Positions 17,814 through 27,282 of a stretch of 64,000 bases of DNA are shown here, piece after piece; the stretch's first letter is position 1; every line of letters starts with the position of its first letter. The DNA comes from a virus, in IMG/VR virus record IMGVR_UViG_3300042894_005670; one strand, given 5' to 3'. A program made the position numbers and the translations under genes. Under the pieces are notes generated by a model that worked only from the letters and a program-made list of their open reading frames with translations, was not told the DNA's origin and ran no database searches.

Positions 17814-20534
17814 CTATTCAAAAGTAAATAGTGAGTCAAATTTATTGTTTATGTTTGTATTTTTTTCTAAATCCCATCCTAATACACCAAGTAGATTGTC
17901 AATCTTTTTATCTACTAATGTATATTCCATTTCACGATCATCAAATGGTAATTCAACAAACCATTGTGGTAATCGTAACTCATCAGTAGGGTACGCAATA
18001 CTTGTAAAATTTAACGGGTTGTTTTTTAACTTACAAACAATAATTTTAGAACCATTGGTAATCTTTGTACTGTAATTATCATGGTTTAGTTGTCGAAGAA
18101 AATTCCAATTAAGCGAGGCACGAACGTGGCCTGGCATGTTGACTTTACCATCTTTACTACGGTTTAATTTTTCTTCATACAACGCTAACTTATTAACTGC
18201 TTTAGGACTACCTTTATTCCAACTTGGCATTTCACGTAGTTTATGTTTGAAAGTTATAATCTTTTTAATAATGTCATCACGTGAAGATCCTCCTAGAACA
18301 TCTTCTAGTATACTGAATAAAAACTCTTGTACAAATTTTGGTGTGTCAGCACGTTTTAGATCAAGACCCATTGCCTTAATCTTACCTAACTTACCATCAT
18401 TGTCTAAACGTTTACCTTCTTTGTCATAAATGTTAACTGCATATCTTTTCTTAGTAATAAACAATCCACGATCAGCAACTAATTCACGTCCTGCTTTAAT
18501 AATAGAACCACTTGATTTAGGACAATGAAAGGTATCATACATAAATTGTGGAAAACTTTGATTGACTGTATTGCCTAACTCATCATATATAGCAATTGCA
18601 TTTTCTTTAGTCCACGTCTTTTTTAGTTCAGCATCTTGTGACCATATAGGCCATCCACTGAAATAACATGAGTCAGTGTCACCATAAACAATAGCATCAC
18701 CTGTATGATCATATTCGCCTGTAATTAATTCATTTAAATACGCACTCATATGTTTTACAATTTGTCTACCTGTTAATGTAGTACTTTGTCCAATACGTTT
18801 ATCGTAAAATCGACAATGTTGATTCAATAGCGCACCATAGGCAGAGTTAAGTAAAATCTTACGTACAAGTTGTCGTTTATCATAAAACTCAGCTTCTTCG
18901 GGGGTTTTTGCTTCTTTAAGTTGTTTTTGAATTTGTTTACGTTCGTTATACCACCTCGTCAACAACCCAGGTATCACCCCCTCTACTTCATTAGTAAAAA
19001 TAGTACCATTGGCACTAAGTATCCATGGTTTACCACTGTTAAAAATTAGTTCGTGTATTTCCGCAGCACTTGCTACATCACTGCCACCACTTTCCCAATC
19101 AATAGTAATCATAGTATGACGTTCTTTATTCATCACCGCCGTATATTCTAAACTACCAAACAATCCTTCCCATAGGATAGGACCATCCTCGCCTTCTACC
19201 TCAGTATCTTCAGATGCATTGCGATTTTTTTTCTTTTCTCGTGCTAGTTTTTGGCTTTTATCATATAAGTATTGATCAGTTAAAGTTTGTTTTAGTTGTC
19301 CAACTATTGTTTCAGGTGCCATGTTTAGTGCACGAATCGTCGATGGATATAGCGAGTTTAAATCAACTGCTGCTATCCATTCATGTATACCTTTTTTAGG
19401 ATAAGCAACATATGCACCCGCAGCTTTACTTTCATCATCAGTATCACGTGTAGGTTTGTCAGGTATGATTAACCCACGTGAATGTGCTTCGTTAATCACA
19501 GCTTGTTCAATCATAGCTACACTGCCCATCACGGTAGGTAATAATACGGTATTTTGATGTGCAATGCTATTGGCTAAGTCTAAAAATTTTAGTTTGTTAT
19601 GAATCTTAAAAAGAAGCATCGTATCTTGACGGTTATACTCTAAGAATGTTTTCCAATCATTATTGTATAGTTGATCAAGTGTACCTTCGTAAGGTGTTTT
19701 CTTTTCACCTACTTCCATTTCACCAATATAATCAAGTTTATAACTATGACGTTGTTCGTAATTATATTTTTTATATAACTCAAGGTAATCCATGTGTATA
19801 CGACCAACTAAATCATAAGTAACTTGTTTTTGATCAAATTGAACAAACTCACGTTGTTTTGGTGGTTGGTTGAGTAAACAAAAACGGTAAGTATCTTCTT
19901 TCGATAATACTCTTGTTACACGATTAACCATATATGGTATATCATAGCCACCACTATTCCATCCTGTTAACACATCAGCATCTTCAATCAGTGTAAAAAA
20001 TGTATCAAACATTTCTGCTTCATCTGCAAAAACAAAGGTATTTTCAAATGATGATGTAATTTCTATTATTTCATCTTGTGATAATCCTTTTGGTGGCACA
20101 CATAGTGTAATCAGTGTATTGCACCAATCAAGATACATTGAAATAGAATTGACTGCATTAAACGGATCACTTGGTGGTGCGAATCCATATTCAGGGTCAA
20201 AGTTTACCTCAATGTCAAAAAAACATGTATGTAATTTTGGTGGTGGAGCATCTAAATAATTATCTGCCAAACATCGAAAGACAGGATTGATATCACTTTC
20301 ATAAGTTTTTTTCTTAGATAATACACGCAATTCTTTTTGAAATTCAGAGCGTTTTGATGTGACGAATTTAGTAAGTGATTCACCATCTACACCACGATAT
20401 TTTCCTTTTGGGTCAGGATAATAAAAAATATATTTGGCTTTGTATTCTTGGTAAACACGCTTACCTTTATCATCACGTTCTACAATGTAAATGATATCTT
20501 TGTCACGATCTAACAACGCATCAACATAACTCAT
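17814..20534 (-). CDS. Family B DNA polymerase (T4 gp43-like)
   Basis: Exo I FFDIEV, Exo II GWNS..YDIPY, Exo III YNRQD; DLNSLYPS, KILLNSAYG, YGDTDS, KKRY; C-terminal clamp-binding-like DSLFTF. Confidence 0.96.
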   Translation of the reverse strand: MSYVDALLDRDKDIIYIVERDDKGKRVYQEYKAKYIFYYPDPKGKYRGVDGESLTKFVTSKRSEFQKELRVLSKKKTYESDINPVFRCLADNYLDAPPPKLHTCFFDIEVNFDPEYGFAPPSDPFNAVNSISMYLDWCNTLITLCVPPKGLSQDEIIEITSSFENTFVFADEAEMFDTFFTLIEDADVLTGWNSGGYDIPYMVNRVTRVLSKEDTYRFCLLNQPPKQREFVQFDQKQVTYDLVGRIHMDYLELYKKYNYEQRHSYKLDYIGEMEVGEKKTPYEGTLDQLYNNDWKTFLEYNRQDTMLLFKIHNKLKFLDLANSIAHQNTVLLPTVMGSVAMIEQAVINEAHSRGLIIPDKPTRDTDDESKAAGAYVAYPKKGIHEWIAAVDLNSLYPSTIRALNMAPETIVGQLKQTLTDQYLYDKSQKLAREKKKNRNASEDTEVEGEDGPILWEGLFGSLEYTAVMNKERHTMITIDWESGGSDVASAAEIHELIFNSGKPWILSANGTIFTNEVEGVIPGLLTRWYNERKQIQKQLKEAKTPEEAEFYDKRQLVRKILLNSAYGALLNQHCRFYDKRIGQSTTLTGRQIVKHMSAYLNELITGEYDHTGDAIVYGDTDSCYFSGWPIWSQDAELKKTWTKENAIAIYDELGNTVNQSFPQFMYDTFHCPKSSGSIIKAGRELVADRGLFITKKRYAVNIYDKEGKRLDNDGKLGKIKAMGLDLKRADTPKFVQEFLFSILEDVLGGSSRDDIIKKIITFKHKLREMPSWNKGSPKAVNKLALYEEKLNRSKDGKVNMPGHVRASLNWNFLRQLNHDNYSTKITNGSKIIVCKLKNNPLNFTSIAYPTDELRLPQWFVELPFDDREMEYTLVDKKIDNLLGVLGWDLEKNTNINNKFDSLFTFE

Positions 20535-20537
20535 AAA

Positions 20538-21170
20538 TTACGTATTATAAAAGAAATTGCCTGATATACTAATTCTTGATCCATTTGAGCTATAAAATGG
20601 ATGGACCGAGTGCCCTAGCACAGAGGGAAAGATTAAACATTTATATATCATAGTTTTGTCAATTTTAATAAAATAAGATCCTATACCGCCTATTGGGTCA
20701 GGATAAATGAAAGAAAAAGTGCCACCCAAATTATATCTAGAATCTTTGCCTGGGTTTAATTGCTGTTCTTTTTCATAATCATACGGTATTTCCAAGTATA
20801 AAACAAATGATACTAATCCTGAATGATTGTGAGGAGGATTTACTTCATATTTTTTTTGAAAATTAACCCAAGCATTATTTAAAGTTAAAGTATGATTATG
20901 CATGTTAACTGTATAATAATCATAAAGGTTAATATGTTCAATATAGCTTATTACGTATGGAGTTAACAATTGCTCCAAATATTTTAAGCTATTTTTGATT
21001 CTTAATTCAGATTTAATTTGTCCAATTAAAATACTATTTGCTTCTTGATATCGATTTGGATTTTTTTTCATGTCATTTACTTCTGCAATAATGGGAAGTA
21101 AATCATCTTTAGAAAATTCTACCTCATAAAAACCAAATGAATACAATGGTTGAAATTTGGTTGGGTTCAT
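20538..21170 (-). CDS. 2OG-Fe(II) oxygenase-like protein
   Basis: WVNFQKKYE.NPPHNHSG..SFV...IFPS.LGHSVHPF...RISISGN. Confidence 0.8.
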   Translation of the reverse strand: MNPTKFQPLYSFGFYEVEFSKDDLLPIIAEVNDMKKNPNRYQEANSILIGQIKSELRIKNSLKYLEQLLTPYVISYIEHINLYDYYTVNMHNHTLTLNNAWVNFQKKYEVNPPHNHSGLVSFVLYLEIPYDYEKEQQLNPGKDSRYNLGGTFSFIYPDPIGGIGSYFIKIDKTMIYKCLIFPSVLGHSVHPFYSSNGSRISISGNFFYNT

Positions 21171-21428
21171 TTACATTGTTTTTCCAACAGTTATTAAAAT
21201 GTTTTCAAGTAACTCATGATCTTGACGTGCTTTACCCAACTCTGCTTTATGGGCAATACGAATTGCTTTTTTTAACACTGCTGCTTTAATATTCATTTCC
21301 TCAGCAATTGCTTTAACAGTATCATTTAATCCACTTTGTAAGGTATCAACCTCATGTAATACTTGACAACCCTCCGTAATTAAATGCGTTAGTTTTGCTT
21401 TTTGCTCGGAAGAAAAGGTAACACTCAT
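21171..21428 (-). CDS. GapR/T4 DsbA-like small DNA-binding protein
   Basis: 85 aa helical; L.D.VK.IAEE..IK..VLKKAIRIAHK pattern. Confidence 0.55.
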   Translation of the reverse strand: MSVTFSSEQKAKLTHLITEGCQVLHEVDTLQSGLNDTVKAIAEEMNIKAAVLKKAIRIAHKAELGKARQDHELLENILITVGKTM

Positions 21429-21500
21429 ATCAAACTCCTATAAGAAAGTACTTAGTGTACACCTTACATGCAATAAAACAATGTTTTTTGGATAATGGGG

Positions 21501-22025
21501 TTAGAGGAAAATCTGTTTAAGTTTTGGCATGACTGAATTTAAATCAGTGTACAATAATCCTATGCCACCTGCTTGATTAAATGCATCAATTTTTTTAGGA
21601 GTATCGTCGATTAATATGGCAGGTTGGTGTCCATAATTAGCCCACTTCCATTTGTTAGGTTCAAATATAGCTTTTTGAGCAACTTCCCACCCTAAATTAG
21701 TGGCTAACCAATCTTTTTTACCAACTTCACTTGCTTTACGACTATCTTTGGGATCGACCCCACTACTACGTAATGGTGCACTAAGGATACGCCAATCAAT
21801 ATTGTGATCATCTAACCACTTAATTAATTGCATTCCATCAGCTAATGGTGGCATGTTAGCGAAAAAATCTTTTACCCCACGTGGTCCTAACCTACGCAGA
21901 CTATCTACCCTACTTTCTTTGTCAGTACCATCATATTTAAGGATAGCTTGGTCAAAATCAGCTAGGACACCATCCATATCAACAAAGACAAAAGGTTTTG
22001 GTTTACTTACTTCGAAGATTTTCAT
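21501..22025 (-). CDS. HAD 5'(3')-deoxyribonucleotidase (NT5C-like) with MKIFEV N-terminus
   Basis: FVDMDGVLADF, ILSAP, K..W, LIDD. Confidence 0.8.
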   Translation of the reverse strand: MKIFEVSKPKPFVFVDMDGVLADFDQAILKYDGTDKESRVDSLRRLGPRGVKDFFANMPPLADGMQLIKWLDDHNIDWRILSAPLRSSGVDPKDSRKASEVGKKDWLATNLGWEVAQKAIFEPNKWKWANYGHQPAILIDDTPKKIDAFNQAGGIGLLYTDLNSVMPKLKQIFL

Positions 22026-22438
22026 ACTCTGCAATTTCCTATAACTTTTGTTATTGTTGTAAATTCACGTGCTACACGATCATAAAACAATTCAGGAGGT
22101 CTTTCACTGTAAGTACGATAACCTAAAGCAAGTTGCCCCATGTCAACATAATAGGATAAACTAGGCCAACGTTTTCTGTTGAGCTTTAATCCATCAATAA
22201 GTATACATTCTTCTGCCAATCTTGTCAAATTAGTTTTTTTGGTTTCACCATCAGTGTTCATGGCTTCCATTAATTTTATGGCAATAGGTTCGTTATTAAT
22301 ATTTGGGTTTTCCATATGTCTTGCAAACATATGTACGGTAAACGCCTCTATATCAGGATCAAGATTAACACATGCAGCAGCTTCGGCGGCAAGAATTACC
22401 TCGTAGCTATGCTTGACATAGGTCATCCAATGTTGCAT
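22022..22438 (-). CDS. Hypothetical helical protein
   Basis: ORF coupled to both neighbours. Confidence 0.65.
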   Translation of the reverse strand: MQHWMTYVKHSYEVILAAEAAACVNLDPDIEAFTVHMFARHMENPNINNEPIAIKLMEAMNTDGETKKTNLTRLAEECILIDGLKLNRKRWPSLSYYVDMGQLALGYRTYSERPPELFYDRVAREFTTITKVIGNCRV

Positions 22439-22439
22439 A

Positions 22440-23684
22440 TTAATGTTCAAGCAATAAGGTTATAATAACGTCATTACGGTTAGCACTATCGTCCCCATCC
22501 CCAGGCGCCACCACCACATTCCAATATGGCTCACCATTAGACTTTGTACCATCCTTAAATCCCATCATTTGATCATAAGTAATAATCGTTTGTGGTTTTA
22601 TACCATATTTTTGTGCTGCACGTTGTTTGAATGTTTCCCAAGCCTCTGCATTTTTCCAACGTAATTTATTATTTGCATCACGCCCCATTAAATCAGTAAA
22701 CAATGCACGATCAACAATTTCACTACGCTTTACTTCTTGACCTGTCTGTTTTTTAAATAATTCTACTTTTTTGAATTCTCCTGATTTTGCTCCCATAGAA
22801 AAATTAATTCTAAAATTCTTTGGACGTTCGCTTGTTGCAACATCGCCTATTTTTGTATAGGCATAAAATTGCACGTCAGGAAACTTTCTTGCAACATCAT
22901 AGGCTAAGTTAAGATATTCAGGGCTAAAGAAATCACCCGCATCGTGCCAACGAATGATGACTTGTGTACCCTGTTTTTGAAACTTATTTCTTGCAGATTC
23001 AATCTCATTTTCTAGCATAGCTTTCCATCCATCGGGATCATTAAGTAAAAAATTTAATGATCTTGATCCTGCTTCAGATGGTGGAGCATATTGTACATAA
23101 CCACCTTTCATTGCATAACATACTTGTACGCATTTTCCTGCCCCAGGGCAAGTATTTACAACCACAAATTTCATCTTTTCTTCATCTACTGCTAAACCAA
23201 CTAAAGCAGGTAAACCAATATTAAAAAATATACTGCTACTTCCATCACTATGCTGCATTTTTTCGTTTTGTTTTAACAGCTTCTTAGGACGTTGCATCAC
23301 TGATGCCATCAATTTTGGCAAATCATACAATTGATTACTAGGATCTACAATAGGCACTGTGCCACTGTGAATATATGGACGTATTAGTTTATCTTGCTTA
23401 AATCGTTTGTAAACTTCGTATTCTTCACCTGACATTTTACCAAGTTGTTTTTTACTTGGTCTACGATATTTTTTCTGTAATTCAGGGCTAAGTTTTCTAC
23501 GTAAATAGTCAGTTAATTCGTCTTCAGGATAATCTCGACGTGGTGCCCCTAAGAATTTTTCAGCTTCATCTAATTCTTCTTGATCTTGTACAAATTGTTG
23601 TAGTGACATCACCTCAACTCCCTGAGCGGCGCCTGGAAAATCGGACTTTAATGTATCTTCAAGTAATAATTCATTAATTTTCAT
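22440..23684 (-). CDS. GP88-like Cys-cluster (radical-SAM-like) protein
   Basis: LPAL...TCPGAGKCVQVCYA, IRWHDAGDFFS, FYAYTK, INFS. Confidence 0.7.
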   Translation of the reverse strand: MKINELLLEDTLKSDFPGAAQGVEVMSLQQFVQDQEELDEAEKFLGAPRRDYPEDELTDYLRRKLSPELQKKYRRPSKKQLGKMSGEEYEVYKRFKQDKLIRPYIHSGTVPIVDPSNQLYDLPKLMASVMQRPKKLLKQNEKMQHSDGSSSIFFNIGLPALVGLAVDEEKMKFVVVNTCPGAGKCVQVCYAMKGGYVQYAPPSEAGSRSLNFLLNDPDGWKAMLENEIESARNKFQKQGTQVIIRWHDAGDFFSPEYLNLAYDVARKFPDVQFYAYTKIGDVATSERPKNFRINFSMGAKSGEFKKVELFKKQTGQEVKRSEIVDRALFTDLMGRDANNKLRWKNAEAWETFKQRAAQKYGIKPQTIITYDQMMGFKDGTKSNGEPYWNVVVAPGDGDDSANRNDVIITLLLEH

Positions 23685-23716
23685 AGTAACAATACCTTTA
23701 TAGTATTTATTTCATT

Positions 23717-24418
23717 TTATCCAAAACCAAACGTGCCATAGTGTTTAGAACGTGCATAGGCAGCTATTAAAACTTTACCGCCAATCTTACGCCATTCATT
23801 ACAAAAATGATAATCTTCAGATAGTAAATTATAATCAATACTTGTTTGAAAAAATCCGTATGTTAATCGACCTGTATATTCACCCCAATTACCTATATAA
23901 GTTGGAGTATGCGGTTTTAACTTTTCAAACACATTACGTTTGATAAGCATATATCCCGTACCTGCATGAATAGCTTCTTTCAAACGATCAGGTTCATTGT
24001 CTAATTGGGGATCCTCGCCAGGGGCTGCATTAAATATATACCAAGTACTATAAAATGGTAATTTTTCAGGTGGCTCCCCGTTTCGTACAGCATGATGTAC
24101 CCATTCCCAATTAATAATTTTTGATGGATAACATCCACAAATCAAATCTACATCCTCATTAATCATACGAATTACATCAGGTGGATTGATGATTACGTCA
24201 GCGTCTAAAAATAATAAATGAGTACAATCACTTAATAAAAAATCTGATACTAAATTATCTCTAGCACGTGTGATTAACGATTGATCATACGTAAAATGAT
24301 ATTCTAATTTCCACTTTTTCTTTCTAAATTCTTCAATTAATTTAATTAATGCATCAGCAAATAACCCATGACATTGTCCACCATACATGGGTGTTGCAAG
24401 AAAAACTTTTGGCTTCAT
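23717..24418 (-). CDS. GT-A-fold glycosyltransferase-like protein
   Basis: ATPMYGG, SLITRARD, FLDADV (DxD), GTGYMLIKR.VF, SEDY.FC. Confidence 0.75.
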   Translation of the reverse strand: MKPKVFLATPMYGGQCHGLFADALIKLIEEFRKKKWKLEYHFTYDQSLITRARDNLVSDFLLSDCTHLLFLDADVIINPPDVIRMINEDVDLICGCYPSKIINWEWVHHAVRNGEPPEKLPFYSTWYIFNAAPGEDPQLDNEPDRLKEAIHAGTGYMLIKRNVFEKLKPHTPTYIGNWGEYTGRLTYGFFQTSIDYNLLSEDYHFCNEWRKIGGKVLIAAYARSKHYGTFGFG

Positions 24419-24462
24419 CTTTACCTCATTAAAAGTAAAGATATTTAATGTGGTATTGCTGT

Positions 24463-24642
24463 TTAATTATTTTTAATTAAATCATCCAAATATGCTCTTG
24501 CCGCACGATAATGTTCAACTTCAAAATTAAATGTTTTCCATTCGCCACTAGCACATTGTGCAGTAAATGAATAACTTCTTAATGGTTGTGCCATAGGTGG
24601 TGGTGCCATAGGTGCTTCGTTTGATCCTCCAACTAAACTCAT
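24463..24642 (-). CDS. Hypothetical protein
   Basis: Start moved to MSLVGG (AAGGAG RBS). Confidence 0.55.
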   Translation of the reverse strand: MSLVGGSNEAPMAPPPMAQPLRSYSFTAQCASGEWKTFNFEVEHYRAARAYLDDLIKNN

Positions 24643-24655
24643 GTTATTATTCTCC

Positions 24656-26845
24656 TTATGATGAGCCAAAAAACTTATTCATCAAAGCTTTTTGTTTTTT
24701 AGGTTTTGCCCCAAGTACAGGACTAATATTAGCCACCTTATCAGTGCCACTTAAGTATTTTGGGTTACGCTTGTCCTCTTTAGTATAACGTGGGTCTTTA
24801 GGGTCATACTCAGTACCAAATGCACTCTTAACTTGTGACGAATTGAATATGATATAAGACATATCTATATAGTCAGCTTGTTTTTGCAAATACTGATGCG
24901 CTTCTTGTTCAGCTTCTTCAGGTGTATCGCCTTCACCAATAGGTAAAGTAGGCATAACATTATCAGGTAAATATGCTACGTATTTTGATCCTTCTTTTTT
25001 AATCGTAAAATTAATGCGCTCATCAGGTCGCAATGTTCGCTTACCTTCATTAGTATTACGATATTGTATACCATCATATCCCGCATCAAACAATGAACGT
25101 GCTAATTCAGCATAGATTGTTGCTTTACAGTCATCCCAATCCATATCACGATCCCTACGAATTGCTTCAAGTTCGTTATATTCTTTTTGGTTAATAATCT
25201 TTTTCTTAAATAAAAAATTCATAACTTGACGTAAATGCTCTTCATCAGGACCAAATATGTCAGGCATAGTAAAAGGGTTTGTAATCTTTAAAAATACAGG
25301 AATTACACGTGCTCCACTATATTTGGCAAACTCATTAGCTGCTTCACGATTGCCAAAATGTATACCAAAATCACGATATAAATTTTTAAACGTTGAAAAA
25401 TCATTAGATGTACCATGATAAACAATCATAGGAGCACCATTACTATCAACTACTTTACTATTGCCAAACCATGCTCTTAAATTTTCCTCACGACCTTCTA
25501 CTAATTCTTTTAAAAAACTCATGGACTCTTTGTTGATATTAGGATTAGTTGGGTCAAATGTACCATCATTGTAAACGGATTTGATTTGCTCAGGGCGTAA
25601 TGCTATGTACCACGTTTTGGTTCTGCCTTTTATAACGAAGCCATCATTACCGTTTTCTGTAGCCTTTTTAAGAAGATTACGCACTTGGACGTATCCCTTA
25701 CTAGAATTAGACATTGACACCCATTTGTCCACGGATATAGAAAGCGGATTTTTAATAGATAAGAAAACGGGGATGATGTTGGCACCTTCTTGTTGAGCAT
25801 ACCCGCCAGCATCCGAGGCTGACGTTGAGAAAAAGATGCCTAGATAATCAGTTGCATTTGGCACACTGCTGCCTTTTGGCGCAGACTTGTCAAACGCTGC
25901 AAAGTTTCTGAGCGTACCGTGATACACCACTAACGGATCGCCTCTTTCATCAACCACCTTACTATTACCAAACCACTTATTAAAATTATTTTTTCTATCA
26001 TTACTATCTTCTTTAGTAATGTCAGGTTCATATTTACCAAATGTACCTACATTATATATAGACTTGATTTGATACTGTTCAAATGGACGATAAGTTAAAA
26101 TAATCGGTGTGCCCTCAGCACCAAGTTCTAACTCTTTTCCATCACGTGGTTCATATTTTTGGGAACCTGCTTCAAAAACATCTTTTAAAATGACACCATC
26201 ATATCCCATACCTTGTAGGTAACTTACAATATCTTCACTATCTGCAATAGTATATGTATCTATAACCGTATTGTCTAGTGCATCCTCAATAGAACTAATA
26301 TCGTCTGCTTCACCCCATGTGTCAATTTGATCTGAAAGGTCACGAAATCCTTTTATTCTAAAACCATCATCGTCATAAGCATTGATTGAAAATCTTGCGC
26401 CTGTTTTGTATATAATTTCATCTAAATCATATATCATATAGGACACATCTCTCCAACCTAATTTTTTACGTCCACCATCAGGTACATTTAGATCACTAGG
26501 CACCGTATTAATAAAATCTATTAATGATATTGTTTCGTTATAACGGGTAAGATCTAATGGTTTAACAATTCGTAAATACGCTGCGATTACAGTAGAACCA
26601 CTACCATATTGTCTTGTGTCTAAATGTCTAGAGTATACACTAGCTGCTGCAGGGTCATTAGTAAAAGATGGTACTGCACGACCTTGAGTTAATTTAAATT
26701 CTGTGGCAGCAGGTCGCTTACGTGTACCACGATATACAACAAGTGGGTTGCCATTACTATCAACCACTTTACTATTACCAAACCAACTACGAAATGCTTT
26801 TGTCTCTCTAGCTTTTTGGTATTCTAATAATTGTCCAATTTTCAT
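24656..26845 (-). CDS. Three tandem ART-PolyVal-like ADP-ribosyltransferase domains
   Basis: WFGNSKVVD..G.P..VY(H/R)GT...L.I..P...G.DG...Q(I/V)KS repeated three times. Confidence 0.8.
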   Translation of the reverse strand: MKIGQLLEYQKARETKAFRSWFGNSKVVDSNGNPLVVYRGTRKRPAATEFKLTQGRAVPSFTNDPAAASVYSRHLDTRQYGSGSTVIAAYLRIVKPLDLTRYNETISLIDFINTVPSDLNVPDGGRKKLGWRDVSYMIYDLDEIIYKTGARFSINAYDDDGFRIKGFRDLSDQIDTWGEADDISSIEDALDNTVIDTYTIADSEDIVSYLQGMGYDGVILKDVFEAGSQKYEPRDGKELELGAEGTPIILTYRPFEQYQIKSIYNVGTFGKYEPDITKEDSNDRKNNFNKWFGNSKVVDERGDPLVVYHGTLRNFAAFDKSAPKGSSVPNATDYLGIFFSTSASDAGGYAQQEGANIIPVFLSIKNPLSISVDKWVSMSNSSKGYVQVRNLLKKATENGNDGFVIKGRTKTWYIALRPEQIKSVYNDGTFDPTNPNINKESMSFLKELVEGREENLRAWFGNSKVVDSNGAPMIVYHGTSNDFSTFKNLYRDFGIHFGNREAANEFAKYSGARVIPVFLKITNPFTMPDIFGPDEEHLRQVMNFLFKKKIINQKEYNELEAIRRDRDMDWDDCKATIYAELARSLFDAGYDGIQYRNTNEGKRTLRPDERINFTIKKEGSKYVAYLPDNVMPTLPIGEGDTPEEAEQEAHQYLQKQADYIDMSYIIFNSSQVKSAFGTEYDPKDPRYTKEDKRNPKYLSGTDKVANISPVLGAKPKKQKALMNKFFGSS

Positions 26846-27282
26846 CCACGGTCTTTTTTCAATATGCTACGAAGCATCCATGAATGTTTTGCGTGACTAT
26901 CAATACGTCCTGCTATAAAATCAGCAATACCTTGCTCATCTTCTGCTTCACATTGATGGAATGTTTCTTTTAATAATACAATAATCTTTTGATTATCTTC
27001 GTACAATTCTGCCATCATTAACTCAGCACGTGGTATTTGTTGTTGCTCATCAATAATACTTAACTCTTGATACCTCGTCATGGATCCTGGTGCATATGAG
27101 TCTAACTGTCGAATTATTTCAGCTAGTTGATCAATACTGCCATATACTTCATTATACAAATCACCTAAAAATGCATGATATTGTGGAAAGTTTGGGCCTT
27201 CAATGTTCCAATGAAACCCTGCTGCCTTTATATAAAAAGCAAATGATGTTCCTAACACTTGCTTTAACTTATCTTTTAACAT
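26842..27282 (-). CDS. dps: Dps ferritin-like protein
   Basis: FHWNIEGPNFPQYH, D.LAE.IR, H.KH.WMLRS. Confidence 0.9.
   Translation of the reverse strand: MLKDKLKQVLGTSFAFYIKAAGFHWNIEGPNFPQYHAFLGDLYNEVYGSIDQLAEIIRQLDSYAPGSMTRYQELSIIDEQQQIPRAELMMAELYEDNQKIIVLLKETFHQCEAEDEQGIADFIAGRIDSHAKHSWMLRSILKKDRG

Noticed and set aside
19140-19270. Intein or intron in the DNA polymerase (charged insertion)
   Set aside because: Short low-complexity insertion without intein splice motifs; frame uninterrupted.
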